From Prolixibacteraceae bacterium (GTDB lineage Bacteria > Bacteroidota > Bacteroidia > Bacteroidales > Prolixibacteraceae), in contig JAVHPO010000212.1 of NCBI GenBank assembly GCA_036170635.1, forward strand, positions 1 to 45,548: 45,548 nucleotides of DNA, written 5' to 3'. The notes below the pieces were generated by a model. It saw nothing but the letters and a program-made list of their open reading frames with translations, had not been told where the DNA came from and did not search any database. Position numbers and translations under genes: made by a program. Below, one piece after another: positions 44,370 to 45,548 of this stretch. Position 1 is the stretch's first letter. Each line of letters starts with the position of its first letter.

Positions 44370-45548
44370 TCTCTTTCTGATACTTGTTTGCCTGCTTCTG
44401 GCAGCATGTACAGGTACAAGGAATTTGCCAAAAGGTGAAAAACTTTATACCGGTGCGGAAATTAAATTGGAATCAGCGGATAAACTGAATAAAAAATTTA
44501 TCAAAACCACTGCACAATTGGCCGTACGTCCAATACCCAATAAAGTTTATTTGGGTTTTCGTCCTAAATTGTGGTTGTACAATACAGCCGGAGTAGATCC
44601 CAAAACCAAATTAGGAAAGTGGCTTAAAAAAAGGGGCGAACCACCGGTGCTGATGAGTAGTGTTAAACCCGGCGTTACACGTGCGATAATTGATTCCAGA
44701 CTTTTTAATATTGGAATATTTAAAAGTTATACTGAATCCAAAATTGTTGAAAAAAAGCGCACTGGCAAAGTAATCTATACCAGTCATGTTCACAAGCCCT
44801 ACATTATTAAAGATCTTCTCTATGCGATTACGGATGATAGTTTAAGTCGCCTGATCCTGACCGGGAAAGATAAATCATTAATTAAACCCGGGGATGATTA
44901 TAATCTCGACATCTTAAAAAGCGAACGAATACGAATTGATGCTATCTTAAAAAACAACGGATACTTTTACTTCAGCCCCGACTATTTGCTTTTTAAGGCC
45001 GATACCTCAAACGTAAATCAAACTGTATCATTCAAATTAACCTTAAAAGACAGTATTCCGAAAAATGCTGCAACTGCATTTCGCATCAACAATGTCTATA
45101 TTAACCAGAACTATTCTTTGAATGAGGGGCGTAAAAACACTACAAAAGATACAGTAACGGTTCAGAATATTGTGTTTTTTGGGAAAGAAGCCAGAATGAC
45201 AATCAGGCCTAACGTACTTTCAAAATCAATTTATTTACGGAAAAACGAGATCTTTTCAAGACAAAACCACATCATCACATTGAACCGTTTGATGTCGATG
45301 GGAAATTTCAAATTGGTACAGATAAACTTTTCTGAAAACAAAGCTTCTGGTCCGGGTTTGCTGGATGTAAATATTTTGATGACACCATTGCCAAAACACA
45401 CATTCAGGGCGGAAGTTGACCTCGTTACAAAATCGAATAATTATGCCGGGCCACGAATGAATTTAAGTATGATGAATAGAAACGCCTTTAACGGGGCAGA
45501 ATTACTAAATCTTAATCTGGCCGGATCATTTGAGGCACAGTTGAGCGG
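44347..45548 (+). CDS. tamA: BamA/TamA-family outer membrane protein, N-terminal part (3' end outside window)
   Basis: Not in the ORF track because it runs off the window. Hand translation from ATG 44347 gives MLRSIQNSLFLILVCLLLAACTGTRNLPKGEKLYTGAEIKLES... (lipobox LAAC). I read it without stops through about 45000, and I did not hand-check the remainder to 45548. POTRA-like segments. Overlaps the tamB end by 23 nt. Confidence 0.7.
   Translation, partial: MLRSIQNSLFLILVCLLLAACTGTRNLPKGEKLYTGAEIKLESADKLNKKFIKTTAQLAVRPIPNKVYLGFRPKLWLYNTAGVDPKTKLGKWLKKRGEPPVLMSSVKPGVTRAIIDSRLFNIGIFKSYTESKIVEKKRTGKVIYTSHVHKPYIIKDLLYAITDDSLSRLILTGKDKSLIKPGDDYNLDILKSERIRIDAILKNNGYFYFSPDYLLFKADTSNVNQTVSFKLTLKDSIPKNAATAFRINNVYINQNYSLNEGRKNTTKDTVTVQNIVFFGKEARMTIRPNVLSKSIYLRKNEIFSRQNHIITLNRLMSMGNFKLVQINFSENKASGPGLLDVNILMTPLPKHTFRAEVDLVTKSNNYAGPRMNLSMMNRNAFNGAELLNLNLAGSFEAQLS

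Noticed and set aside
1-45548. Prophage, integrative element or defence island
   Set aside because: There is no integrase, transposase, recombinase, tRNA target, phage structural gene, restriction-modification gene, toxin-antitoxin pair or nuclease/helicase/ATPase pair typical of defence systems. The GC-rich patches lack flanking repeats.

Overview
This 45.5-kb chromosomal segment reads as Bacteroidota. The background is AT-rich, start codons almost never follow a Shine-Dalgarno sequence, -7 boxes are of the TAnnTTTG type, and there are many lipoproteins plus a TamB/BamA-family pair. I call 43 protein-coding genes (39 on +, 4 on -). I found no rRNA, tRNA, CRISPR array, transposase or integrase. 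Gene content is mostly stress/dormancy and envelope maintenance: CsbD-like and YtxH-like small proteins, a universal stress protein, bacterioferritin, superoxide dismutase, an OYE reductase, CbpA/CbpM, an Mla-type MCE transporter, an OmpA-family protein and TamB/TamA. It also holds a transaldolase-phosphoketolase-class I aldolase module, a type III polyketide synthase paired with an ICMT-type methyltransferase, a P-type ATPase, and an uncharacterised glycoside cluster (GH130-like protein, two GT4 glycosyltransferases, PIG-L deacetylase, GDE-like hydrolase). The strongest non-coding signal is a rigid 67-nt composite promoter-like element present 13 times. It has box1 GTGAATnATGTAAC, box2 TGTAAC exactly 21 nt later, and a -7-like TAnnTT(T/A)G 29 nt after box2 (28 in one copy, and off by one in another). 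Every copy is intergenic and points at the downstream gene. The element links most transcription units here into one putative regulon whose regulator is not encoded in the window. All protein calls rest on motif recognition by eye from the supplied translations; no database search or computation beyond hand counting was possible.
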